Shown one piece after another: positions 10,001-20,457 of a stretch of 64,000 nucleotides of DNA (position 1 is the first letter of the stretch; every line of letters begins with the position of its first letter). The position numbers were made by a program, and so were the translations under genes. Source of the stretch: Ignavibacteriota bacterium (lineage in GTDB: Bacteria > Bacteroidota > Ignavibacteria > UBA10030 > CAVZMI01); the NCBI GenBank assembly GCA_963776275.1, contig CAVZMI010000005.1, positions 54,176 to 118,175 of the forward strand. Reading direction: 5' to 3'. The notes beneath the pieces are model-generated. The model saw nothing but the letters and a program-made list of their open reading frames with translations, was not told where the DNA came from and ran no database searches.

Positions 10001-10076
10001 GCGGTTCGATAAGCCGATCGTAGTCAAAATGAACGGGCATCGCAACAAAGGATTGATACTGAAGCCCGGTGTTTAA
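7073..10076 (+). CDS. receiver-like domains + PEP/pyruvate-binding (PPDK N-terminal) protein; split by a frameshift near 8780
   Basis: ORFs 7073-8887 and 8784-10076 join into one protein: GSLGGKARGL, PLAVRSSSLLEDS..PFAGVYATYMIPN | RL..TIKRVYAS, EEKMAVIVQ, GLGKTIVEG, SQGSHFFQN. Confidence 0.85.
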
Positions 10077-10199
10077 GATTATCGCTTCGAATCAGCTCGA
10101 AGAGTAATTCACATTATCCACCATTCTCGTTATAACTGAATTGCCGCCTTGTAAACAATGTATTTTTACTAAAAAATGGTCACATTTTTTGTTATTTCC

Positions 10200-10228
10200 T
10201 TGACAAATGGCGAAATATTTTGTATATA
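10200..10228 (+). promoter_or_regulatory. putative sigma70 promoter for the secreted-protein island
   Basis: Perfect -35 TTGACA, N17, imperfect -10 TATATA. Confidence 0.35.
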
Positions 10229-10425
10229 AGTTTAGAAAAAATTCAGAATCAATTTCTCGAATCGGTTTCTCCAATTATTATTCCTGATTCTTCTTTCGTC
10301 ATCAATTTCATTATCACTTATATTAATAAATCGATATTTTCCCGTTTTCAGGTTTATGGTTATTTCGAGTCGATAATTCAAAAGTGATTTTTTTCGACAA
10401 TTTTTCTCAGTAAGGTAAGAATTCA

Positions 10426-11649
10426 ATGAAGCAGATAATTCCATTATTATTCCTTATAATGAGCTACAATGTTTTTGCTCAAGAAAGTTATCCTCTCTCA
10501 CCCGAAGTCTGGAGTGAGCCTGTCCCGCTTGATACTTCATTTGCACGCCCTTTTTTTTGGGAAGAATCCCCCTCGCTGACTGCAAGTTTTGACACGATGT
10601 ATTTTGATAGAGGGGATGGTACTATCCATATATCAATCAAGGTAAATGGCCGTTGGCAACCATCGATAAAATTAAATAATAACATTAACGGCTTTTCATC
10701 AAAATATAGGCCTTCAATAAGCAAAGATGGGAAAAGATTATATTTCTCTGCTTGGGCCGGTTATAGTGACTGGGATATTTGGTATAGTGATTGGGATACT
10801 GTAACCAACGATTGGGGTGTAGCAAAAAACATGGGGCCGGAAATAAATCTTTCGGGTGGGCAGTACTATCTATATGAATTAGGTAAAGATACAATATTTT
10901 GTCTGTCCTATGGTTCCACAGATTTGTATGCTTGGAACTCTGAAAGTGATAGATGGATGAAGATCGATAGTTTTTGGTATCACAAATTGGGTGTTGGTGA
11001 TCTTATGGGTCTTAGTGAGACAAACGATCGAAAGAAGATATATTTTGGGCTTACTCTATATCATTTGTATCAAAAAATTCAGTTTGATGTTGACATACTG
11101 GTCACCTATTGGGATTCGACTAAAAATTATTGGGGTGATGTTTACTCGCTAAATATCGATACAAGACCAAAGCTTGGGCCCGATTCTGTTACAGTGTATG
11201 GAGGGGGAGAATGGGATCCATGGATTTCGCCGGACGGGAAAATATTATTATTCTCTTCAAATAGAGATGCGGCGTATGATTCAATTAATACCGACAACTC
11301 TTCGAATCTCTATATAAGCCATCTTCTTGTGGATGAACATGGAAACCCTGTGAGGATTATCAGTTCACCTTATACGAAAGATTTTCATTATTCCCTATCG
11401 AATTTTCCCAATCCGTTTAATTCAACAACAACGCTGGAGTACGAAATACCTACTGAAGGTTTAGTAATAATAAAATTGTATGATACTTTGGGTAGGGAAG
11501 TTGATACGATTATACGAGAAAATAAAAAACCCGGGATTTATAGGATAGCGATAGAATTTGACAGTAGAAAATTAAGTAGCGGTGTATACTACTCTACATT
11601 ATACATGCATGGGGCATTTATAACACATAAGTTAATTTATTCAAAATAA
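10426..11649 (+). CDS. secreted protein with PD40/TolB-like beta-propeller repeats and T9SS type A sorting domain
   Basis: Signal peptide (..VFA-Q); PSISKDGKRLYFS and PWISPDGKILLFSSNR; C-terminal NFPNPFNSTT..SSGVYY. Confidence 0.85.
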   Translation: MKQIIPLLFLIMSYNVFAQESYPLSPEVWSEPVPLDTSFARPFFWEESPSLTASFDTMYFDRGDGTIHISIKVNGRWQPSIKLNNNINGFSSKYRPSISKDGKRLYFSAWAGYSDWDIWYSDWDTVTNDWGVAKNMGPEINLSGGQYYLYELGKDTIFCLSYGSTDLYAWNSESDRWMKIDSFWYHKLGVGDLMGLSETNDRKKIYFGLTLYHLYQKIQFDVDILVTYWDSTKNYWGDVYSLNIDTRPKLGPDSVTVYGGGEWDPWISPDGKILLFSSNRDAAYDSINTDNSSNLYISHLLVDEHGNPVRIISSPYTKDFHYSLSNFPNPFNSTTTLEYEIPTEGLVIIKLYDTLGREVDTIIRENKKPGIYRIAIEFDSRKLSSGVYYSTLYMHGAFITHKLIYSK

Positions 11650-11750
11650 ATGGAGGTCGATATGAAAAACCACAGTATCGTTTATATTCTGCTTCAGTTG
11701 GAAATGGATTTTTTGGCAATTAAATTAAGATAGAAGCCAAAGGAGAACCT

Positions 11751-12059
11751 ATGAACCAACGGAAACAGATATCGGCCCAACAAAAAGTTATTATTCTCCG
11801 GGAACACTTGGAAAACAATGTTCCACTGAGCGAGTTAGGTGAAAAATATGGAGTTCACATCAACCTTCTCTATCGGTGGAAAAAAGAGCTTTTCGAAGGA
11901 GCGATTGACACCTTCGCTCGAAAACATGAGAAACAATCCAAAGCAGAGACACGAGCCGCTGATCGCCTCACCGAAAAACTCAAAGCGAAGGATAAGCTCA
12001 TTGCTGAGCTTGTCGAGGACAACATCCGGTTAAAAAAAAGTCTCACTGGCGACAATTGA
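11751..12059 (+). CDS. IS3 transposase OrfA (HTH)
   Basis: LSELGEKYGVHINLLYRWKK HTH; ends near the A8 slippery tract at 12032-12039. Confidence 0.9.
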   Translation: MNQRKQISAQQKVIILREHLENNVPLSELGEKYGVHINLLYRWKKELFEGAIDTFARKHEKQSKAETRAADRLTEKLKAKDKLIAELVEDNIRLKKSLTGDN

Positions 12060-13048
12060 ACGATTGTTGGGTCGACATGGACATACGTGATAGTGTCATC
12101 GAATACGTTCAGATCATACATCAAAGATCGAATATATCGATCCAGAGACTTCTAAGCTGGATCGGCATATCACCCAGCAAATATTATGACTGGGTCGATC
12201 GTTGTGGGAAAGCCAATAATCACAATGGTAGCATAGTCAAAGAACACTGGCTTTTACCCTGGGAACGAGAGGCAATTATTCGATACTACAGCTCTCATTC
12301 CGAAGAAGGATATCGCCGCTTGGCCTATATGATGCTCGATGAAAATGTCGTTGCCGTCAGTCCGTCGAGTACCTATCGTGTGCTGAAAACAACAGATCTG
12401 TTTAATATGTGGAATACAACACCAAAGAACCCGAAAAAGAAAGGATTTGATCAACCGACAAGGCCCCATGAGCATTGGCATATCGATATCAAATATGTAA
12501 ACTTTCTTGGAACATTTTTATTCTTCACGAGCATCATCGACGGATTTTCTCGTTATATTGTCCATCACGAGCTTCGTCTATCGATGCAAGAATTTGATGT
12601 ACAATTAACTCTCCAACGTGCTTTGGAAAAATTCCCCGGGGTCTCTCCACGGATTATTTCGGACAATGGGACCCAGTTTATTGCAAAGGAGTTTGGTGAA
12701 TTCTTACGGTTACGAGGTCTACAACATGCACGGACATCAATCGGCTATCCTCAGAGTAATGGCAAGATCGAGCGATTTCATCGATCGCTCAGTGAAGAAT
12801 GTCTTCGAACATCAAGCTTCATTGATCTGAACGATGCTCGACAACAGGTTGCCACCTATGTCGAATATTACAACACTCATCGTCTTCATAGCTCGTTGTA
12901 TTACCTGACCCCAGAAGATTTCTTGGTCAACAGAATCAATAGTCGTCTCAAAGAACGTGATGAAAAATTATATCAAGCTAGAGCCAATAGAATCCAACAA
13001 CACTCCACCAGCTGCGTTTCAAGTTATGCGTTACACCTTAATTCATAA
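12056..13048 (+). CDS. IS3 transposase OrfB (rve/DDE), -1 frame relative to OrfA
   Basis: GYRRL, WHIDIKY, IISDNGTQF, PQSNGKIERFHRSL, YNTHRLHSSL. Confidence 0.93.
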   Translation: MNDCWVDMDIRDSVIEYVQIIHQRSNISIQRLLSWIGISPSKYYDWVDRCGKANNHNGSIVKEHWLLPWEREAIIRYYSSHSEEGYRRLAYMMLDENVVAVSPSSTYRVLKTTDLFNMWNTTPKNPKKKGFDQPTRPHEHWHIDIKYVNFLGTFLFFTSIIDGFSRYIVHHELRLSMQEFDVQLTLQRALEKFPGVSPRIISDNGTQFIAKEFGEFLRLRGLQHARTSIGYPQSNGKIERFHRSLSEECLRTSSFIDLNDARQQVATYVEYYNTHRLHSSLYYLTPEDFLVNRINSRLKERDEKLYQARANRIQQHSTSCVSSYALHLNS

Positions 13049-16000
13049 AGCTGTAATTCCATTTTCCGCTGAACCAGTACATTTACTCTATTCTTTTCCT
13101 GTTATCAATTTTTGCATACTCAAATGCTCAGAACCTCAGTGTTTCTGACTGGGTGGATCCCGGTTATGTTCCCCCGCCAGCACCAATAACGCTCCATGAT
13201 GTTGTTATAATTTCTGTAGATTTTGGTGCAGACGCAGTAATTCCTTCATGGTTTAATGATTTGACTACTAATACTATTCCATCCTTCTTTTTACAAGCCT
13301 TTTTCAACAAATATAATTATATGATCGATGTTTTAAAGAAGGATGCAACTCACGCTTTTACAATGCCGACATATGCTCTACCTAAATTCGATGGTACTTG
13401 TGAACATGTGCACCTGTTGTCGAATATTCAAGCTGTTCTCCAAGAGGCTGATAATATTTATGATTTTAGAAACTATGACTATGACAATGATGGTATAGTC
13501 TATGTCACTTTTTCGTCGATTGGTCCAAGTAGTGGTGGAGTTGTCGGTTATTGCATGTCATACACTTCTAATGATATCAGACTTGATGGAAGCCATGTAC
13601 AATTAATTGTGAAACGTCAGATCAGAGGAACTATCCCAAGCACGTTTGAGTCGGTATTCTATCATGAAGGGGGACATGATTTCTTTAACTTCCCGGATAT
13701 GGCTCACGCTGGTGTTAATGATTACAACCATTATGCTCTTGGTGGCTTTGATGTCATGGCTGGCGGAGGTTTTCAGGATCAGCCATCGCCATATAGTCCT
13801 GTGTTGAGACATTTAATGAACTGGTTCACTCCAGTACCTATTACAACGAACTTACCGGGTGGAGAACTGAAAGATTTTCAAATGAATGCGACATGTTATT
13901 TATTCGCTCCCGCGTCTTTACCATCTAATGCGATGCCCAACGAGAGGTTCTATATCTCCTATCACAAATTAGATGTAGTGAATAATCCTTTATTCAGAAA
14001 ATATCCTTTTTCGAATCCACAAAAAGGTGGAGTACTAATTTGGCATTCCAATGTAAACAGTATCCCTACGACAGGAAATTTCAATGATAGGAGAAAGCTC
14101 CCAATTGACATCGAATGTGCCCATGGGAAAACGATATGGAATGAAACAGCAGACAATGTTATAAATACAGGCGAACAGGATCCTTTGACAGGATTGGACA
14201 AATTGGAAATACGGAAAACTGCGCCTAATGCACGTGGGTATTATAAAGAAATTGCTGGACCTTATTTTCAGATAGATCAAGGAGATGGTTCTATTTTCTA
14301 TACTCCTGATGATGGTAAGAATTTCACCTTTTATACAAACCCAAATGCTAATTGGTATTATAATTCAAGTACAGCAAATTATGCACAAAATATAACTTCT
14401 GGTTTTTCGGTCAAGAATATTAGAATCGAAAATGGAACTGTAAAAGCTGATTTCTATACGAACGATTATACAATAACTCAAAATGCAACTCTTATAAAAG
14501 GAACGTGGAACATCACTAATACGGTCACTGTTGCTGCTGGTGTCACATTAACAGTGAATCCTGGGGCGGTTTTAAATTTTTCAAACGGTGCCTCAATTGT
14601 AGTGAATGGGAATCTGAATGCAACCGGAAATGCTTCAAATAGAATTACGTTTGATTTCGTTTCTCCAAATTCATCTACACAAAATGGAATAAAATTTAAC
14701 AGCAGTTCGGGCAGTTCTCTCTCTTACTGCGACATCAAGAATGCTTACGCCGCGATTTACTGTAATGGCGCCAGCATTTTGCCGCCAATAAGTTATTGCG
14801 TCATATCGAATAACACCATGGGAATACGCTTGAATAATGTCGGAGTGTCATCTAGCCAAATTTCACATAATAAAATTATATCCAATTCTTACTATGGGAT
14901 TCTGCTTTACAATTCATCGCCAACAAACATAAGTATTGATACCATCTTAAATAGCCCCTACTACGGAGTTTATTGTGTGTCGGGCTCGACATCATATTTG
15001 TATTACACTATCATAAAAAACAATACCTGCGGTGTATTTTGTGACGCCAGCATCGCTCATCTAGCCAATTATCCGGGTGATTCGGTGGGGCATAATGTGA
15101 TAAAATTGAATGGTACCGGATTATCCTGTGCCTATGGCAGCGACGCCAAACTTGGTTATGCAAATCATCGTGGTCTAAACAGTGTTTACAGTAACACTTC
15201 GTACGCCATCGTTGCAGCTTATACTACAAATATAAAGGCAGAGTATAACTACTGGGGTACAAATCCTGTCTTTAATATTCAAAGCGGCAGCAGCATCGAC
15301 ACTTTGAATTCTTTCCCACCCAACTCCGATCCCAACAGCGGAATGGGGAAAGCTGTTGTGGCAGAGAATTGGGAATCGGAAGGAAACACAACTGAAGTAC
15401 CTTTCCGACAGGTCGTAACTGTTTCCGACACTACACCGGTATTCGATTCCGAATTTGAAGCGGCGCTTGATAATATGAGTAAAGGCAAATTTGATGATGC
15501 AATAGCTCAATATGTTCATAAATTCAAGAAGGAGAAGAACATAGGAAAGAGAAGATATGCTTTGGCACAGTTGGCTGAATGTTATCGGTCGGCCGGAAAA
15601 AAGGACTTCATTGATTTTCTTGACAGAGAAATCCGCCCAGTTTTGTCAAAGAACGATGAGCTTTACGCTAAGACATTGGAATTGGAGAATCTATTCTTAA
15701 TAGGCGATGGGAAATATGACCAGGCGATAAAGAATTATAATACAATAATGAACGATTTTTCCAGTAATAAGGAAATGTACAAGCATGCGTTATTCAATAT
15801 TTGGTATGTTTACTATAATGAACTAAAGGATACTATAAACTCGAAAGGATATATTAGCGAGTTGAAAGCTAAATACCCTGACGATGATCTTACTATGTTT
15901 TGTATGGTGTTACTCGGAGAAATTACCACACCTAAGAGAATTGCTGCACCTCCAGGTTTAGGGAAAGGAGAAATGGCGTCAAAAGAGGAAGTACCGAATG

Positions 16001-16277
16001 AATACGCCTTATTTGAAAATTATCCTAACCCATTTAATCCAACGACATCAATAAAATACCAAATACCTGAGGAGGGATTTGTTACAATAAAGATTTTCGA
16101 CGTTATAGGGAGAGAAGTTGCTTCTCTTGTGAATCAGAATCAAAAAGCCGGTAAATACACTGCGGAGTTTAATGCGTTAAATTTCTCAAGTGGACTGTAT
16201 ATCTATCAGTTGAAGGTTAATGATTTCATATCAACAAAAAAAATGATGCTATTAAAATGATTTAATGTGATAAAGAG

Positions 16278-16315
16278 AAAGCCCCTCATCTCCCAATTGA
16301 TGTGGGGCTTTTTTT
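16278..16315 (+). terminator. rho-independent terminator
   Basis: AAAGCCCC-T-CATC...GATG-T-GGGGCTTTTTTT between convergent genes. Confidence 0.75.
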
Positions 16316-16398
16316 CTTTTAAAAGCTGCTGAAAAAGAGGGCAATGCAGAAATTCATGCATCGCCCCTTGAGTCACAATCCTCTCACGTATGAATCAT

Positions 16399-18204
16399 TT
16401 ATTCACATTGTAAATTGGAAATAAGCATATCACGAATCGAACTTAGTTCTTCCGGCAGTTTATCGTAGAGGCTGTTGAAGAGTTCATCATGGAGCTGGAT
16501 TTCTTTTCTCCACAAATCTTTATCTACGTTCATTAAATCGTTAAATTGGTCTTTTGAAAATTCCAATCCCTTCCAATCAATGTCTTCGTATCGCGGTATC
16601 CAGCCGAGCGGACTTTCTGAACCGCTTGCACATCCGTTCACACAATCGACAATCCATTTCATGACGCGCATATTTTCTCTATAGCCCGGCCATATGAAAT
16701 TGCCGTTTTCATCGACACGAAACCAGTTGACTCCAAAGATTTGCGGTGGATGAGCGATACGCCTTCCCATCGTCAACCAGTAGTTAATGTAATCAGCCAT
16801 GTGATAACCACAGAACGGCAGCATTGCAAATGGATCGCGACGTACCTGTCCCACTTTGCCCGCTGCTGCTGTTGTAGTTTCGGAACCCATGGTTGCAGCA
16901 AGATATACGCCGTGTGCCCAATTATTCGATTGAACGACCAACGGTATTGTATCGCTACGGCGCCCACCGAAGATAAATGCCTTAATTGGTACACCATTCG
17001 GGTTTTCCCAGTCGGGATCGAGAGAAGGACATTGGCTTGCCGGAGTTGTGAAGCGTGCATTTGGATGTGCCGCTTTACGTCCGCAATCCGGCGTCCATGG
17101 TTGTCCGGTCCAGTCGATTAACTCGGCCGGCGGCGTCTTTGTCATACCCTCCCACCATATATCGCCATCGGGAGTGAGTGCAACGTTAGTATAGATTGTA
17201 TTCTTTTTAATGGTTGCCATAGCGTTCGGATTGGACTTTTCGGAAGTACCCGGCGCTACGCCAAAGTAGCCGTATTCAGGATTAATGGCGTAGAGCCAGC
17301 CATCGCTTCCCGGTTTAATCCATGCAATATCATCGCCGACAGTTGTGACTTTCCATCCCTTAAAGGTATCGGGTGGAATAAGCATAGCAAGGTTAGTCTT
17401 CCCACAGGCACTCGGAAATGCGGCTGCTACATATGTCTTCTGACCCTGCGGAGATTCGAGTCCGACAATGAGCATATGCTCAGCCATCCAGCCTTGATCG
17501 CGAGCCATAGTGGAGGCGATACGGAGAGCAAAACATTTTTTGCCAAGCAAGGCATTGCCGCCGTAACCGCTTCCAAACGACCAAATGGCATGTTCCTCCG
17601 GGTAATGAACAATATATTTTTCTTTACTACACGGCCATGGGACATCTTTTTGGCCCGGTTCCAGTGGCATTCCTACCGAATGAATACATGGAACAAATTC
17701 ACCATGATCGCCCAGTACATCCCATACGGCTTTTCCCATACGAGTCATAATGCGCATATTAACTACGACATAAGGAGAGTCCGTCAGCTCAATGCCTATA
17801 TGAGCAATATGCGATCCAAGCGGTCCCATGCTGAATGGAATGACATAGAGCGTACGTCCCCGCATACAACCGTCGAAGAGCTTTTTAAGCGTCGCCTTCA
17901 TCTCACGTGGATCAACCCAGTTATTTGTCGGGCCGGCGTCGCTTTTCTTCACGCTGCAAATAAATGTGCGATCTTCCACGCGCGCCACATCATTGATATC
18001 CGACCGGGCGAGGAAACTATTGGGCCTTTTCTGTTTATTCAATTTTAAAAACGTCCCCGCCTCCACGAGCCGTTGACACAAATCGTCATATTCGGCCTGC
18101 GAGCCGTCGCACCAGTATACTTCGTCCGGTTTTACAAGTGCGGCAATTTCTTTTATCCAGGTGATTGCTTTTTCATTTCTTATGTATGATGGAATTGTCA
18201 TCAT
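16399..18204 (-). CDS. pckG: phosphoenolpyruvate carboxykinase (GTP)
   Basis: [70 protein letters not shown]. Confidence 0.96.
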   Translation of the reverse strand: MMTIPSYIRNEKAITWIKEIAALVKPDEVYWCDGSQAEYDDLCQRLVEAGTFLKLNKQKRPNSFLARSDINDVARVEDRTFICSVKKSDAGPTNNWVDPREMKATLKKLFDGCMRGRTLYVIPFSMGPLGSHIAHIGIELTDSPYVVVNMRIMTRMGKAVWDVLGDHGEFVPCIHSVGMPLEPGQKDVPWPCSKEKYIVHYPEEHAIWSFGSGYGGNALLGKKCFALRIASTMARDQGWMAEHMLIVGLESPQGQKTYVAAAFPSACGKTNLAMLIPPDTFKGWKVTTVGDDIAWIKPGSDGWLYAINPEYGYFGVAPGTSEKSNPNAMATIKKNTIYTNVALTPDGDIWWEGMTKTPPAELIDWTGQPWTPDCGRKAAHPNARFTTPASQCPSLDPDWENPNGVPIKAFIFGGRRSDTIPLVVQSNNWAHGVYLAATMGSETTTAAAGKVGQVRRDPFAMLPFCGYHMADYINYWLTMGRRIAHPPQIFGVNWFRVDENGNFIWPGYRENMRVMKWIVDCVNGCASGSESPLGWIPRYEDIDWKGLEFSKDQFNDLMNVDKDLWRKEIQLHDELFNSLYDKLPEELSSIRDMLISNLQCE

Positions 18205-18257
18205 TAAATAATGAAAAATTAATATTGGTGTATCGTTTTTTCAGGATCTGAGAGAAT

Positions 18258-19472
18258 CTACCAATCGCGAACTACCGTGCGATTACCTATTTTGATCTCC
18301 CGTGGTGAATTCGGGTCTAATGCCCACTTGATTCGGGACATTCCTTCGGCAACTTCATCGGCTGCTCCGGCATAACTAATTCTCAGGTGGCCTTCCGCTC
18401 CGAAATCTTTCCCGGGCACGGTAACCACAAGGGCTTTTTTCAATAAAAATTCTCCCATTGCCATCGAATCCTTATTGTAGGCGTTGAAATTGGGCAAACA
18501 GTAGAAGGTTCCTTCCGGTTTCACCATTTTAATTCCGGGAATCGATAGTAATCCCTTCATAACAATATCACGGTTTTTCTCGAGCGTAGATATGAGAGTA
18601 TCAACGCAGCTTTGGTCGCCGTTTAGCGCCGCTTCGGCGGCAGCTTGACATATCGGAGAATTGCATGTTGTGATTTGTCCCTGTACATTCGCCATAACCT
18701 TCACAAGCTTGCGGTTGGAGACGACCCAGCCCACACGGAATCCTGTCATTCCATATGTCTTGGAAATCCCGTTGACGACAATGACATTTGTCGATTCGAC
18801 ATCTTTTTTCGTAAAGTTATATACAGGTGCGATCTTCTTCCCGTCAAAAACAAGTTTATGATAAATGTCATCCATGATGAGATAGATATTTTTTCGTTCA
18901 CAGTATTCAACAATCTGTCCGATAAATTCATCAGGAAAGACAGCGCCAGATGGATTGTTAGGACTATTCACGATAATTAAACGAGTCGCTGGAGTAATAG
19001 CCTTCTCGATATCCGACAATTTTGGGTAGAAGCTTCCGTCTGCCGGCGTAACGATCACTGGAACACCGTTGACCATTTTTACCATTTCCGGATAGCTCAC
19101 CCAGTAGGGGGCCAAAATAATGACCTCCTGTCCCGGATCGATAAGCGCATACAGCAAATTGAATACGGAGTGCTTGGCACCATCGGAGACAATTATATTT
19201 GACGGCTCGACTGTTCTTCCGTAGTTCCTTTCGGTGTACTGAATAATGGCCTTTTTTAAGGAAGGTAAGCCGTCCGAAGGGGCGTACTTTACCTCGCCAG
19301 TATTCAATTTCTCGATGGCGCTCGATATTGCATGCATTGGGGCTTTATTTTTCGGTTCTCCGGCCCCAAGGTGAACGACAGCTTCACCTTTCTCTTTGAG
19401 TATCCGCGCCTCCTGGTTGAGCCGAAGAGTCGGCGACTCAACGATGGATTGGGCAAGTCTGCTTATGCTCAT
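18258..19472 (-). CDS. class I PLP-dependent (aspartate) aminotransferase
   Basis: LGAGEP, GAKHS, NSPNNPSG, DDIY, GISKTYGMTGFRVG. Start at ATG 19472 after GGAGG. Confidence 0.92.
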   Translation of the reverse strand: MSISRLAQSIVESPTLRLNQEARILKEKGEAVVHLGAGEPKNKAPMHAISSAIEKLNTGEVKYAPSDGLPSLKKAIIQYTERNYGRTVEPSNIIVSDGAKHSVFNLLYALIDPGQEVIILAPYWVSYPEMVKMVNGVPVIVTPADGSFYPKLSDIEKAITPATRLIIVNSPNNPSGAVFPDEFIGQIVEYCERKNIYLIMDDIYHKLVFDGKKIAPVYNFTKKDVESTNVIVVNGISKTYGMTGFRVGWVVSNRKLVKVMANVQGQITTCNSPICQAAAEAALNGDQSCVDTLISTLEKNRDIVMKGLLSIPGIKMVKPEGTFYCLPNFNAYNKDSMAMGEFLLKKALVVTVPGKDFGAEGHLRISYAGAADEVAEGMSRIKWALDPNSPREIKIGNRTVVRDW

Positions 19473-19648
19473 GAATAAAATGACCTCCGAGGTTTTTGTT
19501 GTGTTACTTTCAAGATAATACATTTTTATTAATTTACAACACAATAAAAAAATTTGTAACTTTTAATTTCCAAAATTCGTATCATTGACATAGTCTGCAT
19601 TTAGAATAACCGTACTTTTTTTATGACCACAACATCACAAGGAGGACT

Positions 19649-20236
19649 ATGAAATCTTTTCTTTTTATGCTTGCAATCGTTTTACTCACCATCCCGGTTC
19701 TGGCACAGGAAGAAACTCTGATAGGAGAGGAATTCCACAGCGGGGGTTTTGGCGGGCCGGAGGTCAAAATAGGTCCGATGCTGGGAACGACCGGGGTATT
19801 CGTCGGCGGACGCGGTGGATGGATCATTAACCATACCTATGTCATAGGAGGCGGGGGGTATGGACTTGCGAATGATGTGCGTGTTAAAGATATCACAATC
19901 AATGGCCAGCCGGCATACCTCGGCTTTGGATATGGCGGTCTGTTCTTGGAAGTTATCGGTAATTCCGACAAGTTGATTCATTATACAATCGGACTTATGA
20001 TTGCTGGTGGCGGAGTGGAGTACCGTGACAGTCTCTATGACTGGAACGATCATAATTGGGATGCCGTCTTTGTGCTCGAGCCTGCCGTAAGCGTCGAGAT
20101 GAATATAACAAGTTTTTTCCGGCTCGGTCTTGGAGCAAGTTATCGTTTTGTAAGCGGCGTTAATACCTATGGATTAACAAATAAAGAGCTGAGCAATGCA
20201 ACCGGTACGATTATATTGAAATTTGGGACATTTTGA
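19649..20236 (+). CDS. small outer-membrane beta-barrel protein
   Basis: Signal peptide; Gly/aromatic-rich amphipathic strands (GGRGGWIINH, FGYGGL); C-terminal LKFGTF. Confidence 0.75.
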   Translation: MKSFLFMLAIVLLTIPVLAQEETLIGEEFHSGGFGGPEVKIGPMLGTTGVFVGGRGGWIINHTYVIGGGGYGLANDVRVKDITINGQPAYLGFGYGGLFLEVIGNSDKLIHYTIGLMIAGGGVEYRDSLYDWNDHNWDAVFVLEPAVSVEMNITSFFRLGLGASYRFVSGVNTYGLTNKELSNATGTIILKFGTF

Positions 20237-20237
20237 A

Positions 20238-20363
20238 CTCTGTGTCCTTGTCTTCTCCTCCGTGTCCTCTGTGGCCCTTTATTATATAAAAATAATTGTT
20301 GGGTCACCGCCACGGAGGATACAAAGGACTTCTCTAGTGCAATCTAGCGCAGAGGACGCAGAG
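20238..20363. repeat. short inverted repeats of the CACAGAGGACACAGAG type
   Basis: CTCTGTGTCC..CTCCGTGTCCTCTGTGGC (20238-20275) faces GCCACGGAGGATACAAAG..CGCAGAGGACGCAGAG (20309-20363). Confidence 0.6.
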
Positions 20364-20457
20364 TCATGTTGGCTGTTGATTATTTTTGTTGACTATCCTC
20401 CTTTTTTTCTTATTTTAAATAGATAGATCATCATTGATTCAACAATTCCATTTTACT

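Larger units (their letters stand above)
11685..13081 (+). mobile_element. IS3-family insertion sequence, 1397 bp, 4-bp target duplication TTTA
   Basis: Imperfect terminal inverted repeats (TATTCTGCTTCAGTTGGAAATGGAT vs reverse complement of right end TGTACTGGTTCAGCGGAAAATGGAA, 18/25). TTTA at 11681-11684 and 13082-13085. Confidence 0.93.
11662..16260 (+). pseudogene. M6/immune-inhibitor-A-like metalloprotease with beta-helix, TPR-like and T9SS domains, interrupted by IS3 in its signal peptide
   Basis: RBS GGAGG then ATG 11662. Removing the IS restores MKNHSIVYSILFLLSIFAYSNA-QNLSVSDWVDPG in frame with ORF 13153-16260. HEGGHDFFNFPD..FDVMAGG zinc motif; DFRNYDYDNDG; ENYPNPFNP C-terminal domain. 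Confidence 0.88.
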
